Assembly (NCBI RefSeq): GCF_002161175.1
Contig: NZ_NFMA01000003.1
Span: 47,770-71,769 of the forward strand
DNA: 24,000 bases
Direction of reading: 5' to 3'
Source: Flavonifractor sp. An100
Lineage (GTDB): Bacteria; Bacillota; Clostridia; Oscillospirales; Oscillospiraceae
The notes beneath the pieces are model-generated. The model made no database searches, had not been told where the DNA came from, and worked only from the letters and a program-made list of their open reading frames with translations. The position numbers and the translations under genes are program-made. Of this stretch, positions 21,934 to 24,000 are shown piece after piece (position 1 is the first letter of the stretch; every line of letters begins with the position of its first letter).

Positions 21934-23698
21934 GGTCAAATTCCTCCATTGTATCAAATTGATAATCGTCCAGAGAACGAAAATCGTAGGGCAGATCGGA
22001 TACCTCAAATTTGGTGGGCAGGCTCTTATGGACATAGGGCGCTGCGCCGCCGTCCTCCGTCAGCTTAATATTGGGGTGCTTTATGAGGTCGTATTTTTTA
22101 TCCAGGACAGGCCGCTCGCCCCGGATCAGCAGAATAGAATCGTCGGTATCCATTAAGCGAATTTCCTCCTGCATCATCAGTTCACGGCCCGCCTGCTGGT
22201 AGTTGGTGGAGCTGGAGCCGCTGTGCCCGCGGGTCAGGCCACGGGTACGGGTGTCCAACGTTTCCTTGCCCAGCAGCTTGCTCATAAACTCCAGAGAGGT
22301 CGGCTCATTGCCGCCACCCAAAAACAGGAGGGTATCACAGTTGCCGATGATACTCTCCCATTCCTTTTCGTAGATATTTTTGATCTGAGCGATATTTTGG
22401 ACAATGATGTTTAGGCTCACGTTATAGCTGCGGCACGTTGCAAGAATTTTCGGGTAGCTGTCCGGCTGGGCTACATTTGCCCATTCATCCTGGATGACAC
22501 GCACGGGGATGGGCAGTTTGCCATTGTACTTCTCGTCCGCTACCCGGTACAGTTCCTGAAAGCATTGGGTGTAGAGCATACCCACAAGGTAGTTCATGCT
22601 GCCGTCCGCCACAGGAATGACACAAAAAATGGCCCTCTTGCGTTCTCCAAGAGAGCCGAAGTCCATATCGTCCCGGAAGGTCATGGCGGCAAACTGCGGC
22701 ATGGCCAATGCCGCCAGACGCACAGCCGCCGACACCAGGATGGTCTTTGCCGTTTTGCCAGCCGCCTGCTTAAAAATCTTGTACTGGTGGACTGCTATGT
22801 GGTCTGGTTTCTCATATTCCAGCTCCAGGAACAGTTGATCCAGTGGGCTTTGGTACTGTTCATCCTCCTCTCGCACCTGCGCACAGGTCAGCAGGTAGGT
22901 AATCATTTCAAGGTTTTGCTCATAAGGCGGAGCCTCATGGAGCAGATAGAGCATAAGAGCGGAATCCAGTGCAATTTCCGCTTTTTCCCAAAATGGGTCA
23001 GAGTTATTTGCGTTCTTGGGTGTGGTATTGCGGATCAGATTGTCCATCAGCTTTAGCACGTCGGCCTCGTTGCGGATATAGGCGAAGGGGTTATAGCCAT
23101 CCGATTGGCTGGGGTCGATCAGGTTGAACACCACGATCTCATATCCCATCTCTTTGAGCAGATTGCCGGAAGCCCGCAGCAGCTCCCCCTTGGGATCTGT
23201 GACGATGTAGGAGCAGTTTGCGCTGTAAAGCCACGGCTTGGCCACAAAGCGAGTCTTGCCGGAGCCGGAGCCGCCCACCACAACGATGTTGAGGTTGCGC
23301 CGGTGCTTGTAGCTGTTGAAGCTGATAGATACGTTCCTGGTCAGGATCACGTTGGACAGCGGATTTTTAGCATCCATGTACTTCTTGCAGAGGGCCTTGG
23401 GGTCGCCCCATTTGGCTGAGCCATACTCCTCTCCGGGCCTGCGATTCTCCCTGGAGGTGTAATACAAGCCGATTCCGCAGCAGTAACACACCAGACAGAT
23501 CAACACAACCTTCATGGAGTGGGGTTTCCACTGGATGGAGAACGGATGGGCAAACTGCCCGGATATGCGCTCCATCAGGGTAAATAGGTTCATACCGTCC
23601 TCGTAGGCGGTGGCAATCAGCAGAGCGGCCCAAATCACCAGAACAGACAGTGCCGCCCACAAAGGGGCGGCACTGCGAAAATTCTGATTGCGCTTCAC
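21902..23698 (-). CDS. VirD4/TraG-like type IV coupling protein (CD1115-family-like)
   Basis: 598 aa with two N-terminal TM helices. Walker A is VVVGGSGSGKTRF and the Walker B region is RVIQDEWANV. It has an acidic C-terminal tail. Confidence 0.9.
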   Translation of the reverse strand: MKRNQNFRSAAPLWAALSVLVIWAALLIATAYEDGMNLFTLMERISGQFAHPFSIQWKPHSMKVVLICLVCYCCGIGLYYTSRENRRPGEEYGSAKWGDPKALCKKYMDAKNPLSNVILTRNVSISFNSYKHRRNLNIVVVGGSGSGKTRFVAKPWLYSANCSYIVTDPKGELLRASGNLLKEMGYEIVVFNLIDPSQSDGYNPFAYIRNEADVLKLMDNLIRNTTPKNANNSDPFWEKAEIALDSALMLYLLHEAPPYEQNLEMITYLLTCAQVREEDEQYQSPLDQLFLELEYEKPDHIAVHQYKIFKQAAGKTAKTILVSAAVRLAALAMPQFAAMTFRDDMDFGSLGERKRAIFCVIPVADGSMNYLVGMLYTQCFQELYRVADEKYNGKLPIPVRVIQDEWANVAQPDSYPKILATCRSYNVSLNIIVQNIAQIKNIYEKEWESIIGNCDTLLFLGGGNEPTSLEFMSKLLGKETLDTRTRGLTRGHSGSSSTNYQQAGRELMMQEEIRLMDTDDSILLIRGERPVLDKKYDLIKHPNIKLTEDGGAAPYVHKSLPTKFEVSDLPYDFRSLDDYQFDTMEEFDHENPDEDEEE

Positions 23699-23701
23699 GG
23701 C

Positions 23702-24000
23702 TTAATACCCGGTTTTGGGCAGGGTCGTAATGGTCTTGGCGTAAACCTTGGTCACCCAGCGGCTCACGGTCTGAATCCACTGACCATTGTAGACGCCGCC
23801 CACATCGGCCACATTGACAATGCTGGAGCCATTGGCAAGGCCATTCACCACATTGCCGTGGATATAGGCGGTTTCCACCTGACCAAAGCCGCCCTTGACG
23901 GTGCCGAACACGAACATGATCTCAGTGACACGCTCGTTGGAGGCAAGGCCCAGGGCCGCAGGGCTGGCTTCCAGCACATAGTTCTTGGTGGTGGAAAGGC
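23702..24000 (-). CDS. Hypothetical protein, C-terminal part (ORF is open to the window end)
   Basis: The frame continues without a stop upstream of the GTG used by the track (…LSTTKNYVLEASPAALG…). The stop is 3 nt before the VirD4 start. No motif recognised. Confidence 0.45.
   Translation of the reverse strand, partial: LSTTKNYVLEASPAALGLASNERVTEIMFVFGTVKGGFGQVETAYIHGNVVNGLANGSSIVNVADVGGVYNGQWIQTVSRWVTKVYAKTITTLPKTGY

Larger units (their letters stand above)
1..24000. mobile_element. Internal segment of an integrative conjugative element: serine-recombinase/sigma regulatory module, defence cargo, T4SS module. Neither element end is in the window.
   Basis: A recombinase N-terminus, an ICE-type small sigma factor, VirB4/VirD4/VirB6-like/PrgI/Maff2/NlpC-P60 genes and a TA cassette co-occur, almost all on the minus strand. 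The gene order matches the CD1108-CD1115 type conjugation module of Clostridioides/Lachnospiraceae ICEs. Confidence 0.7.

Noticed and set aside
21559-22068. Plus-strand ORFs 21559..22068, 21596..21865 and 21890..22156
   Set aside because: They are antisense to the Maff2-like and VirD4-like genes. They also begin inside the TA terminator, which is implausible.
1-24000. CRISPR arrays, tRNA/rRNA genes, IS elements with terminal inverted repeats
   Set aside because: I saw no regularly spaced direct repeats, no tRNA-like T-loop/acceptor patterns and no transposase-like ORFs on either strand.

Overview
The window reads as an internal stretch of a Clostridia/Firmicutes-type integrative conjugative element (ICE). 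All calls come from reading ORF translations, motifs and hairpins by eye. No database search was run.

Left end (1-1450, minus strand): the N-terminus of a serine recombinase runs off the window. It is followed by a translationally coupled 64-aa protein, a roughly 490-nt ORF-poor hairpin-rich spacer, and a sigma-70 region-4 type regulator.

Centre (2.0-10.9 kb): one tightly packed minus-strand operon encodes an SNF2-family ATPase, a SieB-like 2-TM protein, type III Mod, a second 2-TM protein and type III Res. The two membrane genes and the central part of mod are visibly AT-rich patches inside an otherwise GC-rich operon. This composite cluster is my best candidate for an undescribed defence system.

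Cargo islet (10.9-14.9 kb, AT-rich): a TPR + PD-(D/E)xK (NucS-like) nuclease, an RHH-fusion protein with operator-like repeats, a coiled-coil protein, and a divergent SLOG/DUF1273 plus XRE-HTH pair.

Right part (14.9-24 kb, minus strand): a type IV secretion/conjugation module with NlpC/P60 peptidase, VirB4-like ATPase, PrgI-like, VirB6-like, Maff2-like and VirD4-like coupling proteins. It is interrupted by a plus-strand Phd/YefM-RelE/ParE toxin-antitoxin cassette with its own promoter and terminator.

No rRNA, tRNA or CRISPR array was seen. Many long plus-strand ORFs in the track are antisense shadows of GC-rich minus-strand genes.
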